DNA of 64,000 nt, the filler included, from Basidiobolus ranarum (lineage: Eukaryota), in NCBI GenBank assembly GCA_040143965.1. It is 26 parts of 26 records of this genome, joined end to end, with 100 filler letters (N's around TTAATTAATTAA, not from the genome) between each part and the next. Parts side by side here need not be neighbours in the genome. Positions count along the whole stretch, not along the records: positions 9,897 to 12,268 come from JASJQH010003411.1; positions 12,369 to 14,740 come from JASJQH010003412.1; positions 14,841 to 17,211 come from JASJQH010003413.1; positions 17,312 to 19,681 come from JASJQH010003414.1; positions 19,782 to 22,150 come from JASJQH010003415.1; positions 22,251 to 24,619 come from JASJQH010003416.1; positions 24,720 to 27,086 come from JASJQH010003417.1; 19 more parts are not named here. The stretch is one strand, 5' to 3'. Each line of letters opens with the position of its first letter. Position 1 is the first letter of the stretch. Both the position numbers and the translations under genes were made by a program. The notes beneath the pieces were generated by a model. That model searched no databases and was not told the DNA's origin. It saw only the letters and a list, made by a program, of their open reading frames with translations. Shown here piece after piece: positions 12,253 through 25,199 of this stretch.

Positions 12253-13434
12253 TGTTCCAACTTTTCCANNNNNNNNNNNNNNNNNNNNNNNNNNNNNNNN
12301 NNNNNNNNNNNNTTAATTAATTAANNNNNNNNNNNNNNNNNNNNNNNNNNNNNNNNNNNNNNNNNNNNAGAAATGTGTTCCAACAAAATTTGCATACTGG
12401 CCGAACTGTAAAGTTAATATTTCGCGCATATTTGTCTATCTACGCCACCAGAAGGTAAAGCTCTGGTAATATCTTTCGTTGTATTCTTTTTGGTGGATTT
12501 TTTTAGTTTTTATGATGGCAAAAAAATCCGGATTACATAAAGTTCGATTTTATTCTTTGCGCACTAAATTCGATCATTTTGAAATCCTGTACTTGTTCTG
12601 TGACCACTTTAATATGACAAACATATAAAATAATAGTGACGTTCAGTAGTTGGGATCTCTAATCAAATCATGTCAAATGTATTCTTAAACAGTAACAGAA
12701 GCGAAATTGAGATTTTATACATACAAAGTACCGTTCAATGAAAGCAAATACGCCGTTAACATTGCTTATATAGCTTAATCAATAATCCTGTCACTCGATT
12801 TTATTGTTTAACGAGAAAAGTTCAAGTTATTACTACTATACTAAAATAACGTCGATTAATCCCCATCTAAAGCCAGTCTCGCTGTCAAATATATGCATGG
12901 TAATGAGTGTAATAACAAATTTCCTATCAACCGTATACGTATTTTTGGTTGAGAGACACTAATGCACCAATGCAGCCTATCTCGTTAGAGCTGCTTTAGA
13001 AACGTTGATGAATGTAACATCAACTCTCTGACATCATTAAATCAACCATTAGTTAACTTGAAACATGTACCAAAGTAGGATTCGACATTCACTACTTCAC
13101 TTACAGTTTAAGAGATAACTGCATGGCTGTTTAACTGATTAGTTTTGATATAGATTTGGTTATAGATGAGGTTGGCATTGTTATGCTTGCTGCATTTGGT
13201 TCTCATTGAGTTAAAGTCTCCGGTATATCCATCATCATCTGAAATCAGACGCGGAAGTTAGGCTTGTACTCTTAAATAAACTCACAAAGAACAGAAACAT
13301 AGTATCGCCTAGTTTCAGCATAGGTGGATGTATATAATACCAACGTATCAAATGTTGGCCTTCTATCTTAACCACATCCCATTGCCTTCTACCAACAGTT
13401 GTCAGCTTATCGATTAGGCACACAAAACAACAGG

Positions 13435-14217
13435 ATGCTGAATAAGTGGATATCTATGGCTTGTTGGTTGACTTTGGGTGTTGTTGGACATCAGGTAGAT
13501 TTCAACATGGAGAAACTGTACTGTTTGGTAAATCAAGAGCGAGCCAAGTATGGGATAGACCCGTTAATTTTAAACAGGTGAATTGCTAATCAATATCATT
13601 TGCTTGTGCAAATATAAATATCTCACACATCTATGAATCTCAGTAACCTTAACCTGGCTGCTCAAATGCATTCAGAAGATCAGGCCTATAGACTCCGACA
13701 TATGTCCCATACTGGCTCGGATGGCAGTGACGCAGGAGATCGTATATCCAGTGCGGGCTTTCAATGGCGTAGGTATGGAGAAAACGTAGCTCAGGGTTAC
13801 CGCAGTGAGACTCAAGTAATGAGTAGCTGGTTGAAATCACCGCGTAAGTGTCTGCTTTTCCTTCTAATATGCATATGGGCTGTAGTATTTATTATATATT
13901 TAGCTCATAGAAAAAATATACTTAACCCGGGCTTCACTCACTTTGGTGCCGGCTACGAAAGTAAAAATGCCTTTTGGACACAGAATTTTGCCACGCCTCG
14001 GGGTCAATACAGACATTCAGAAATACCTGTGGATTGTGGCAAATTTAACCTTGGTCTTTCACGCCCTTATAATCCTAGGAAGAGATATCATAGAGGCAAA
14101 GGCCATTGGGGTAATACATCAGAAAGGGATTCAAACAACTGGGGAAACAACGAACATTGGTCTCCATATCCTCGGACTTGGCGGTACAGGGAATGGTGGA
14201 CAAGATGGTCTCATTAA
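13435..14217 (+). CDS. secreted CAP/SCP (PR-1-like) domain protein, 3 exons
   Basis: Exons 13435-13577, 13644-13843 and 13904-14217 (GT-AG introns). Signal peptide plus LVNQERAKYG, AAQxHSxD, HTGSDGS, GENVAQG and WLKSPPHRKNILN motifs. Confidence 0.9.
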
Positions 14218-14889
14218 TATAACAAACCCAGATTTTCGGACTATTTATTCGATGAAAAGCTAATTACACAAGCCATAATGAGAAATTGGATGTGATTTGA
14301 AGCATTTTTCTCTTTGCATCATTCAATCTCAAATAAACCACCTTAATAAAGATGCATAAACATTGACTATTTACATTGAAGGTCAGCACCGAATTTTGAA
14401 GAACGTTTGTTCATTACGTTCCAAAGAAATGGAAAACCCCCGAAGTGGGCGCTTCATCAAGAAACATTCGCAAACGACCAATGTTTAATGATCTAGTAAC
14501 ATCTCTCACTGGCCATATTTACGTCTCAAATCCTCGATTTGGGTCTCTTTTTCTAGCTCAAATCGTCTTCTGGCCGATTCAAGCTCCCACTCTATTTTGC
14601 GCTTCTCCAATTGAAGGCATTGCTCCTCCCAATCAATCTTACGCTTATCTAGTTTCAATCGGTCCTCTTCCCAGTCGAGCTTTCGTTTCTCTAACTTTAG
14701 TCTCTCCTCCTCTAGTGCGAACTTTCGTTTTTCTGAAGCTNNNNNNNNNNNNNNNNNNNNNNNNNNNNNNNNNNNNNNNNNNNNTTAATTAATTAANNNN
14801 NNNNNNNNNNNNNNNNNNNNNNNNNNNNNNNNNNNNNNNNGATTTCTACTTTTATGCTCCCAAGCAATTTGCGGTTGATATGTAGGCTT

Positions 14890-15416
14890 TGTCATGATTC
14901 TGATCACGGCATACTGATCCACTGCAAATAGAACTCTTCTGTTATTAGACTATGACATCATATCTGTTGTGCCATCCCTTCTTGGCAATCTTGGGTTAGT
15001 TCATCCTGGCTACTTTTTATGGAAGTCATGTTCTTTGGAACATTCCATGATACCTAACCAATCATGTCATCCCACACATAGTGTATTTCTGCCAAGATCT
15101 TCCATGGAAGGTCACCTGATTGTCCTTACATCATCCCTCTTTGTATTGGTCTTTGTAGTCCCCAACACCTTGACATTTGAACTTGCCACAGTATATTCCC
15201 TATTCAGCATATTTTGTTTCACCCTGCAATATATATAAGCCCCATGTATTCCTTGATCAGACTGAGGTCTGATCAATGCCAGTTATCAATAAAGATTCTT
15301 GCAAAGTATCTTCCTTGTCCAGTCTTATCTTGTCTTGTGGTCAACACCCAAGTACTCTCCTGCCTTCTATCCTCTTGTTGTTGTTTCCAGTCCTTGTCCA
15401 GTTTCTTATTGTGACA
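14890..15416 (+). repeat. LTR (TGTCATGA...TTGTGACA, about 527 bp), probably Gypsy-type
   Basis: TG...CA with short terminal inverted repeats; second copy at about 38919-39409. Confidence 0.75.
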
Positions 15417-15782
15417 GTTTGCTCAGACTATTTACACTTGCTGGTAGATTACTCTCCATTGCTGTTCTCCAACCTTGAAACCCCCCAAGGTTGGCATCCC
15501 TCTTATTCCCCATCTTTCCCAAGTTTTCCTGCTATGGCAAAGGTACCTTCCACCTTTGTATAATTGCTTTAAGTGCATCCTTGTCATGACACTACTGGTT
15601 GAGTTTACAGTTGATTTTGATCAAAGTAGCTTCAGAACTTGATCAAGATCAAAGGATGTTGACACCAGCATATTCTTTTGTCAAGGTGCTAATCATTTCT
15701 TTGACAGAAAGTTAGATATTGTATTGTGATTATCATACCTAGAGAAACTTGTGGCTTTTAAAAACTTCCCCCTCCAAACATA

Positions 15783-15964
15783 GGAATTGTTCCATTGTGC
15801 CAAGATTTATTGGACCTTGGATCTATATATTAGAGTAAATGTGATTGAAATTGATCATGCCAGAGGGTGATGGATAGTGCCAAATTGTGCCGCATAAATT
15901 TTAGAATACTTCATCCAATATGATATATACAGCACAATCTGGCACTATCACAGAGAACAAGTCC
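15783..15964. mobile_element. MITE (182 bp) with GGACTTGTTCC-type TIRs and 3-bp TSD
   Basis: GGAATTGTTCC...GAGAACAAGTCC flanked by ATA/ATA; second copy 40433-40613 flanked by AAT/AAC; partial copy at 48690-48781. Confidence 0.8.
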
Positions 15965-15975
15965 ATAGTAAGTAT

Positions 15976-17211
15976 GATGTCTACACCAGATCCTAAAATG
16001 GAAGATATCATGCAAGCACTTACTCAGCTTCAGCAAGAAGATCAAGAACTTTGTGCTTCTCTTGCCCAAGTTCAGAATCCAGCTCCACCCAACTCTCTTG
16101 CAAATCCAACTCCTGAACCCAAGACCTCCCTACCAAATAGGTTTGATGGCACTTGCCAAAACTATCATGGTTTTATTAACCAAGTAAAGCTCTTCATTCA
16201 TTTACATACCCATTACTACCCCTCTGACTAAGCAAGAGTGGGCTTAGTGGGAACACTATTATCAGGAACAGCTCTATCTTGGCTTGCTCCTTTGATGGAA
16301 AGTCAATCTCCACTTCTTTTAAACTTCCTTACTTTTCTAGCTGAATTGGAAGCCACATTTGGAAAAGCACAAAAGGAAAGAACTTCAACCACTAAGCTCT
16401 GTACACCTGATCAAGGATCAAAGCCTGCATCAACTTATGCTGCAGAATTCCGCCTTCTTGCATGTGATCTCAATTGGGGAGATTCTGCTCTGATCAACCA
16501 ATTCCAACATGAACTCCAAGAAAATGGTAAGGATCCTTTACTCACTATGGGTGACCCAGTGACCTTGACTGATGCTATCCACCAGGCAGTTAAATGTGAC
16601 AACCAGTTGTTTGAAAGAAAACAACAAAGAAATATTGCTCCTTTCTTCTCTCCTTCATCATCTACTTTCAGACCTCCCTTTCATCATACACATTATACAG
16701 CTCAAGCAGATGACCCAATGCAAATTGATGGAACTTGCTTCAGAAAGCTTAGTCCTAAGCAGAAATATTGATGCCAACAAGAGAATCTGTGCCTCTATTG
16801 TGGAGCCCCTGGACATATAGCATGAACCTGTCAATAAAAGAATCCTGGATTAAAGATTAACAATTAGCAAGTGAAAGAGAACTCTTCCCAACGCTTGGGA
16901 AACTTCAATGCCCAGCTGCAATAATGGGCATGCAGTTGGGCAAATCATCTTTAAACATTCATCTTCACCATACATTGCAATCTCTGCAGCCACACCAATT
17001 ATTAAAGCTGCTTATTACACTCCTGCTACCAGATTCTAAGTCAATAAAAACAACTGCACTTGTTGATTCAGGTGCTTCCTCCTGTTTTATTGACTCCACC
17101 TTTGTAAAATTGCACTCTATCCCAACAATCAAGAAATCTAGTCCAGTTCTTGTAGAAGTAAATGATGGAAGGCTGCTATCATCAGGTGCTGTGACACATG
17201 AGACAACCTTT
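15976..17211 (+). mobile_element. Ty3/Gypsy gag (retrotransposon gag domain, CCHC knuckle) and aspartic protease, decayed
   Basis: LPNRFDG, LLSGTALSW, QGSKPASTYAAEFR, DPMQID, CLYCGAPGH and ALVDSGASSCFID motifs. Confidence 0.92.
16897..16942 (+). promoter_or_regulatory. -1 programmed ribosomal frameshift signal (slippery heptamer plus pseudoknot)
   Basis: G GGA AAC at 16897-16903; zero frame stops at TAA 16922-16924 while the -1 frame is open into protease; stems TGCCCA/TGGGCA and GCTGCA/TGCAGT. Confidence 0.8.
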
Positions 17212-17381
17212 NNNNNNNNNNNNNNNNNNNNNNNNNNNNNNNNNNNNNNNNNNNNTTAATTAATTAANNNNNNNNNNNNNNNNNNNNNNNNNNNNNNNNN
17301 NNNNNNNNNNNTTGCACCAGATGGTGTACTAGCAGGCTGGATTGAGCGGCACAATCTGACCTGGTCCAATGGAACAAGTCT

Positions 17382-18090
17382 AATGTGTATGCCTGATAGA
17401 GTTAACTCCATTTATTTGACAAAATCTACTGCAACATAGTGCATTGTGGCCATAAAATTCCAAGCTTACTGATGGCAGGAGTGTCACCAATACATACAGT
17501 GATATTAGCTTTAATAAATTATTAACCCATCTGAACACCATTAGATGAACATTCAAATTCCGCAATCAAAGGCTCCAAGAAAATATCTGTAAGCACTGGT
17601 GATTCAGGTCCACATAGGATGGATGGTATCATAATATTATGACCCTTGTACTGTTCAGAAGAAGGAAGATTTAAGCTTATTGAATTTATTGGCCAGCAAG
17701 CCTTTCTAATGGTATATTTTTTTAGTGAGAAATCATCCAGAGCCAATGCAAATGCATGATCATACGTGCTCTCAAAGAAACCTTGACTTTTCAGATTCTG
17801 GTAGTGATGCCCATCAAGTAATTCAGTAACACCACTAGCTTTATGGTGAGTACTTTGGTATTGGATCAATGATCTCTCTTTGGGTGATTCCACAATGATT
17901 TTAAGATGTGGAATCAACTGTATTTAGGCTAAATGTGAGCAATATTTACTTGATTCAGTGATTGGCAGTTGTGTTCAAGCAGTATATCACTTAAAATTTT
18001 CAAATCACCAGTACAAGCCAAACAAGCATTTGGACTTGAAGATAGTTAAATTACTGGAGGATTAGTAGTTATATGATTGACACTTGCACC
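17382..18090 (-). mobile_element. CMC/EnSpm (CACTA-like, Transposase_21-type) transposase fragment
   Basis: LALDDF, CWPI...LNLPSSEQYK and ILCGPESP...DIFLEPLIAEF motifs, then a GDTP...GHNALCC.RFC-like region. Confidence 0.85.
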
Positions 18091-18094
18091 TCAC

Positions 18095-19681
18095 AACAAG
18101 CCAAAACACCTGCAAGTAAAACTCACAGTTCTCCAACCTCAACAGGTATTTTTAGAGTTTTGAAATTAGCCACAAACTTAAAGGCAAGCAAAAAGCCACA
18201 CAAACATTGCAAAGCACCCTCAATAGTGTGACACTACCAGGATGAATAAGAAAAGTTAAAGTGCTTGAGGAGTATTTTCAAAAGATCAAAGGGAGAAATG
18301 CAGTGGAAGTATGCAGAAAGTGGCTTCAGAAGAAGAGCATTCAACCTGACATTCAGTTTGGTATTGACTGCACCAATATCTGGGAAGAACTTAATACAGA
18401 GTAGCACAATATTGCAGGGTATACACCAGCTAGCTGAAAAAATGTTAATTCAGCAATATTAATACAATGGTGGGCTTTGATGAAGATATTGATACAAACC
18501 TGTGTTAGTTATGAGCTAAGCCTTGGGACTGAAGAACTCTAAAAAAATATTCAGGTCAATATATCAAAGAAACTAGGGATTTCAAAGTTTACAAATTAGC
18601 TTTCAAGTGGTAAATGTGAAAAATTTGAGTTATGTTTTTTCACATTTGTTGATCCGTAGTTCTCTAAGGTTGTAGCCAATCATGTACAACTATTTTGCAA
18701 CATCTCAAAAATTCACCTCTGAAACTGAAAAAATTGATCAAAATCAAAATAAAGTTAATGATTTTATGATGGTAACTAATTGATGAATCCAAAATGTATT
18801 ACAATAGTGATGGTTTTCCTACAATAATAATCCTCAAATTCTGTTAGAGATCAATGGAGTTTACTCTCTCAGGCATTTGCATTACTATTATCCCAATGCA
18901 ACACTAAACTGCATGATTTTACCAACAAGAACCCAATCAGATTTCAATATGATCACTGATATCAATTCACCAAATAGCCAGTTTGTAGCTTTTACTTATG
19001 ATTGTATACAAATCATTATGGTGTTCTGCCTGCAATTATCTTGTTGTAATAATTCTATCCAAATTTTCCACAGAGGGTTGTTCAATAGTGGGCAAAGTAG
19101 CCATTTTGGAAGTTGATGGTCTTGATGGTATTTTAGTTGAACTTTGCTCAACTAATGACTTACTATGTAATTGGGGGATTACAATCTTTGCACTTGCACT
19201 ATTGTTGGAAAGGAACACATCTGGCAAATTGATGAATGCTTCATCATTACTTGAGTTACTTTCCGGCATGTTAATGCCTTCCAAAGTGGATAGTGGATTG
19301 CTAGACTGCTCATCAATTAAGTCCTCTGTTCTTGCTGTTTTTTTTCTTCTTGTGCCAGCAGGCTTTGGCTTGGAAGCCAATTTTGACTTAGATTTTGAAT
19401 GCTTTTTGAAAGGCATTGAAATATTCAGATGGTAAACTTGGTGTAAAGAAATTGCTTAGAAACAGCTTATTATAAACCAAAATTGCCATCTATTACCGGA
19501 AATATCTTGTAAATCCCCTAATGACTCATCTGTGACACCATCTCAGAATCAGCTGACAATATTCATGGGCAATACCAAAAATACCACCCTTACGTGGGAG
19601 GCGTTCTTTTTTCCACAATATCCTTCTCATGCCGCAACACAAATGTTTAAAGAAAGCCTGCTATTATTGTTGCAAAGTCTT
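18095..19681. mobile_element. CMC element second-ORF fragments and right terminus (ends TTCTGTTAGAG at 18849)
   Basis: Homologous to 7520-7784, 24100-24619, 46898-47060, 50190-50971 and 57368-58975; the region 18990-19681 matches 54970-55590 in opposite orientation. Confidence 0.7.
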
Positions 19682-20418
19682 NNNNNNNNNNNNNNNNNNN
19701 NNNNNNNNNNNNNNNNNNNNNNNNNTTAATTAATTAANNNNNNNNNNNNNNNNNNNNNNNNNNNNNNNNNNNNNNNNNNNNAATGAGACTTTGCAGCAAC
19801 TGTTGATGAAGGTTGCAGAGTTCAAAACAACAATTCAGGACATTAGGGCAAGAGTAATCAGCACAGGCATAAAGAGAAAAGCAAGACAATCTATTGAATC
19901 AGAAGATATTCCCAAAGGCAAATTGGGGAAGTCCAAACTGATGCACAGACATATTTGATAACTCCAAATCAAAGAGACTCTTGACAAGGTATCTATTTCA
20001 CAAAAAGAATCTACCTAACTCATCACTAGAGTTGATATAACATCTCCAATATGGGCAGCAGCCCAAAAAGTTGATTCATCAGCTAGCAGTACACATCAAC
20101 AGCAATGGTGGCTTGGAAGAGTCTGGGATGTTTCTCCTGTTTTTAATGAACAGCAAGGAGTAAACAAAGAACCAGAAAGAGGATAGCCTGCATTCTCATG
20201 CATCATTGCATGCACTTTACCTGATTCAACCAAACCAACCAGTGAGAATTTAGATCTGGAGAGGAGTCAGCTCCAAGGAGCATGCCACCAGACAGACATA
20301 CCAGTTTAATGTCTACTACCACATGACAGCAACAAAGGCCAACTGCAAGAATTATTGAACCATCCACTTTGTTGGATGACAATCTGACACCTGACAGCAA
20401 TCTACTGCAAGAGTTAGT

Positions 20419-21000
20419 GAAGCTCTTACTGAGCTTGAAGAAACAACAATAGTCAAACTCACACCTGAAGCTAGACAATATGTTTCAATATATTCAACCA
20501 TGCAACAGAGATCACAGTGGCCAGTCAAAAGCAATGAAGCTTCTATTATGGTTGAAGAGGCAAGAACTGCCAAACATATAACCTCAAGGTAGATGACTTG
20601 CTCCAACACATAATGGTATGCAACCACAGTAATGGCCAGCTCTAAGATATGAAGCTATCACTTTAGTTGAAGAAGCAATAACCACCAAGCACAAACCACA
20701 AGGTAGATGACTCACTCCAACACATACTGACGTGTGACTGTGGCCAAAGTCAGTCAAAAGAGTTGAAGCTTCTAGCATGGTTGAAGAGGCAAGAACTGTC
20801 AAACACAAACCTCAAGGTAGATGATTCACTCCAACATGTACTGCCATATGACCAAGGCCATGGCCAGCCAAAAGAGATGAAGCTTCTACCATGGTTGAAG
20901 AATCAACAATTGTCAAGCACAAACATCAAGTGCAATATTCTGGGTTAACATGTTGAACTGTGTGCCAGCAGCAATGGCTGGTTGACCCATTAAGTGAAGG
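20419..21000 (+). repeat. tandem array of about five 114-bp units (38 codons) inside a dispersed element
   Basis: GAAGCT anchors at 20536, 20651, 20765 and 20879; second array on the minus strand at 38330-38900. Confidence 0.9.
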
Positions 21001-22250
21001 CTCTACATATGAACAAACTGTAGATATAAACAAGCTGCAAATTAGACTAGACAAGCCAATAAATACCACACCACATTGACCTCAAGCCACAACTCATGCT
21101 GGCCAAGATAGAAGAACTTCAGCTGGATCCAACTGATCAACCCAGTGCAGTGGTTCAAGCAAAGTTCCTTCTGCTGAAATATCCAGTAGATAACAAAAAT
21201 AACAGAAGCAAATCAGCATGTACCACCTCAACACTGTGTAACTGCCAAAAGCTCTTGATAATACTTATACTATCCTGTATTCAGTGATCAGTTTATCATG
21301 TGAAACAAATATGGATTGGAGTTAAATATAGCATAAATTGCTATAGTTAGATTACAATTGCTTATGTCCGTGTGAAATACTGATAGCATGAAATTGTCAT
21401 ATCAAAAAATTAGTGACAGCCTACTAATACAAGGAGCTTCACTACAATCCAATGAAAAAAGTCTGTCAATAAAAAGCTTGTGCAGCCATATTGGCTCCAT
21501 ATGGCTCAATCCATTCACACTCTCGCCCAATTAGAAGCTTACATGATTGAATGAATAATTCGCGGATCTGAAAACTATGAATCAAGCAATTCAGATCATG
21601 ACTATTATACTGCAGATCCATCATTGAGTGCTGTGATTTGTCACTGGTATTGCAAAACTACTGGTGTTTCATAATGCAGGAGCTGTTCAGCCCATTTGAA
21701 GATCTAGATATTGTGTGAGGGAAAGACAAATCATTGCATAAAAATATGTGAATGTCTTGGTTATACAGTTGATTGGATAAGTTAAAGTACAAACTGTTTA
21801 TTATCACCAATCAGTAATTGATATGTTACAAACTAGGGGATGAACTAGCTTTGTCTGTTACTCAAAATCTCAATTCTACAATACTAAATTGGATAACTTG
21901 GTAAAGGCTTGCATACTAGCTCCAAAAAAATTGTTGTGTCCTATTGTGATGGGATAATGTCATAATGTTCCTTATAGTGTCCAATTGTGATGGGATAATG
22001 TCATAATGTTCCTTATAGTGTCCAATTGAGTGTTATAGGACCAAGCCAAGGTAATTGACAGATTGCGCCAGATGGCATGGAAGCAGGCTGGATTGAGTGG
22101 CACACTCTGACCGGGGCCCATTAATCAGTCTCCTATAACATCGCCTTCAANNNNNNNNNNNNNNNNNNNNNNNNNNNNNNNNNNNNNNNNNNNNTTAATT
22201 AATTAANNNNNNNNNNNNNNNNNNNNNNNNNNNNNNNNNNNNNNNNNNNN

Positions 22251-22380
22251 AAACCACCATCACACCAGCAAAATCTCTGGTAGAATGCAAGCCACCAATA
22301 ATGTGATGGTTCTCTGATGGGTATGCTCTTTTGGAGCGTGGATCCAATCCGGATCAAATTGATTTTATTTTTGTTGGGGG
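22251..22380. mobile_element. CMC element left terminus (family D end)
   Basis: ...GGATCAAATCGATTTTATTTTTGTTAGGG consensus; also ends at 27307 and 37858, and in reverse at 41084 and 61375. Confidence 0.75.
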
Positions 22381-24095
22381 ATATGAGCAAGTGATCTTCT
22401 GTTGTAATCACATTTTCAGATTCAGTATGTTTTTCTTCTTTGGCAATTCTTTTAAAGCAATCTTTGCTTAAATGGCTAGTTCTTTTAAGATAATCTCAGA
22501 ATATGTTACTTTTTTCTTAAAGTACTTTTGACCTCTATAGAAGGTTTCCCATAGCCTATTAAAGCATTTTCTTCATTCTTTTGGTTGCATCCTGATTTGA
22601 ATAAACTTTCATCCAGAAGTCTACCAAATACTTAATTTAAGGTCAAATTTTCAGTTCTTGATACTTGAGCCATTAGTGGGCTCTGAAAGTTGTGTGGCAG
22701 GCTACTCAGGACTGTTACTATAATATCTTAATCAGTGGTATGTACTCCAATGCATTCCATTTTGTTGGATAATCAATCTTTATTCAACATCATAGTTAAC
22801 TTTAGTTATGATGCATATTTCAGAAACAGAAAGCAACATATCTATAGCCCCTATATTCTAAATAGGAATATGCCTATATCATTATAACAAGTATGTCTTA
22901 TTACCCTCACTTATCTATTCTATCTTATTACACTAACTCTTGAATATATCAAACAATTGGTAGAGTTTTCCACTACATAAGCATTAAGATCTCAAAAGAT
23001 AGAGAGAGCTTCTTCTTTTTTTTCCATCAAGTAAACCCAAGTGTATCTTGTGTTATCATCAATCAATGAGATTAAACATCTTTTTACACCTAAAGATAAA
23101 TTTTTCATAGATCCACACAAATCTGAATGGATTACATCTAATATTTTTACGTATTTGATTCAACCAGAGCACTTGAATGGTTGCCTGGCTTATTTTCCAT
23201 ATATACAACCCTTACAAGTTTCTGTTTTGGTTGGCAGGTTAATTGGAATTCTTGAGATTAGAAATTTTTGAACCTTTTGCTCAAATAGAGAGTATGTGAT
23301 TTTTGATTATTTTGCTCAAGTAATCAAATCCAATATGGCCAAATCTCTTAAGCCATAATTGAGTAGCTTCTTGATTGAAATATGTTATATTTACACATAA
23401 ACTACTTGGAGCATATGTAAGCTTGTCTAAGTTCTGATCATTTGCCCACAAAACCAAACAATTCCCATTTCATCAGTGTTGGTGCATTGTGACTTATCTT
23501 ATTTGAATTTAAGCCCTGCTGAAGTGGCCTTGCATACAGACATTAAATTCTTGGCAATATCTTGAACATACAGTACATTCTTAAAAGTATAGATTTCTTT
23601 TCAGAAGCTCAAGTTAAAATGACTTGCATTGTTTACATTCCAATGGCATCCAGTGTGCAGTCATCTACCATGAAAACCATTCTATTTGGTATTTCCTCAT
23701 AATTCACCAACCAATATTTTTCATTTGTGAAGTATTTAGAGGCTTCAGAATCAATATACAACATCTGAGAATCCTTATTGATAGTCATAGATGAAGCTGA
23801 TATGAATTAGTGAATGTCTATTGTAACCACATTTCCAGATTCAGTACATTATTCTTCATTTGCAAGTGTTTGAAAGCATATTTGGCTTCAATGACCAGTT
23901 CTTTTTCTGTAGTCACAGAATGTGTCAATTTTCTCCTAAAGTGCTTTTGACCTTCATAGAAATGTTTTCCAGTGCCTATTAAAGCATATTCTTCATTCTT
24001 TTGGTTGGATTGCAGTTTGCTTAAACTTACATCTAGAAGTCTGAAAAATACATAATTTAAGGTCATATTTTCAGTTCTTGGTGTTAGAGCCATTA
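22381..24095 (-). mobile_element. decayed Ty1/copia gag-protease-integrase, with a second gag fragment
   Basis: YIDSEAS protease, CKGCIYGK, IHSDLCG and DDNTRYTWVYL motifs; the gag segment appears twice (about 22540-22680 and 23930-24095). Confidence 0.85.
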
Positions 24096-25199
24096 ATGGC
24101 TCTAACAGAAATTTGAGGATTGTTATTGTAGGAAAACTATTACAATTTTAATCCATTTGGGATTGAACATTTACTTACCATCATAAAATCATCAAGTTAG
24201 ATTTGATTTTAATCCATTTTTTCAGTTTCAGGAGTAAATTTCAAGATCTTGCAAAATAGTTGCAAATGATTGGCTAAAATCTCAGAGAACTATGGATCCA
24301 CACCTGTGCAAAAAACGTAACTCCAGTTTTACACAATTACCACTTGAACGCTAATTTGTCACCTTTGAAATTCCTGGTATCTTTGATATTTTCTCCTGAA
24401 TATTTTTATAGAGTTCTTCATACCCAAGTTTAGCTCATACCCAACACAAGTTTGTGTTAATATCTCCATCAAAGCCCACCATTGTATTAACGTTGCTGAA
24501 TCAACATTCTTCCAGCTATCTGGCAGATACCCAGCAATATTGTGCCACTCTGTATTAAGTTCTTCCCAGATATATGCATGGTCAACACTAGACTGAATGT
24601 CAAGTTGAATGTTCTTCTTNNNNNNNNNNNNNNNNNNNNNNNNNNNNNNNNNNNNNNNNNNNNTTAATTAATTAANNNNNNNNNNNNNNNNNNNNNNNNN
24701 NNNNNNNNNNNNNNNNNNNTTCTACTATATAAGTCACCATATACTCTTAAGAATAAAGTAACTAAAACACACTATCATAAGTTGCTTCTAATACTCAAAG
24801 TCTACCCCATTATGTCAAGATCCTCCAACAGAAAGTGATGGTAAAAAGCTTTCTACTTGTAGTTGGCTACTCATGTTTATAAATATTAAAATCTCACTAG
24901 CAACAAGCTCCAAATATGTATAATAATATACAAAACAGCAAAACGGTCATTAAAATAATCTGTTGGGCTCTATAGCCTGCATAGCACAAAGATGCTACAA
25001 ACTTCAAAGGTTGTATAAAATGCAATGTATTTGAAAGTAAGGTATTCCAAATTATATAAATAGAAGCACTTCATGCAACAGAAACCTCTACAATTTCAAA
25101 AATGTACTAACTTTTGAGCTATGTAGTGCTGGAAACATGGCTCTATGTGTTGCCCCTGATTATATAGGGGCTATGTTGGTTGTGGATTGATCAGCATGC

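Noticed and set aside
14445..14740. 115-aa ORF, and G- or C-rich contig tips (44296-44335, 44436-44520)
   Set aside because: Low-complexity sequence at contig ends, probably low-quality read tails; no motifs.
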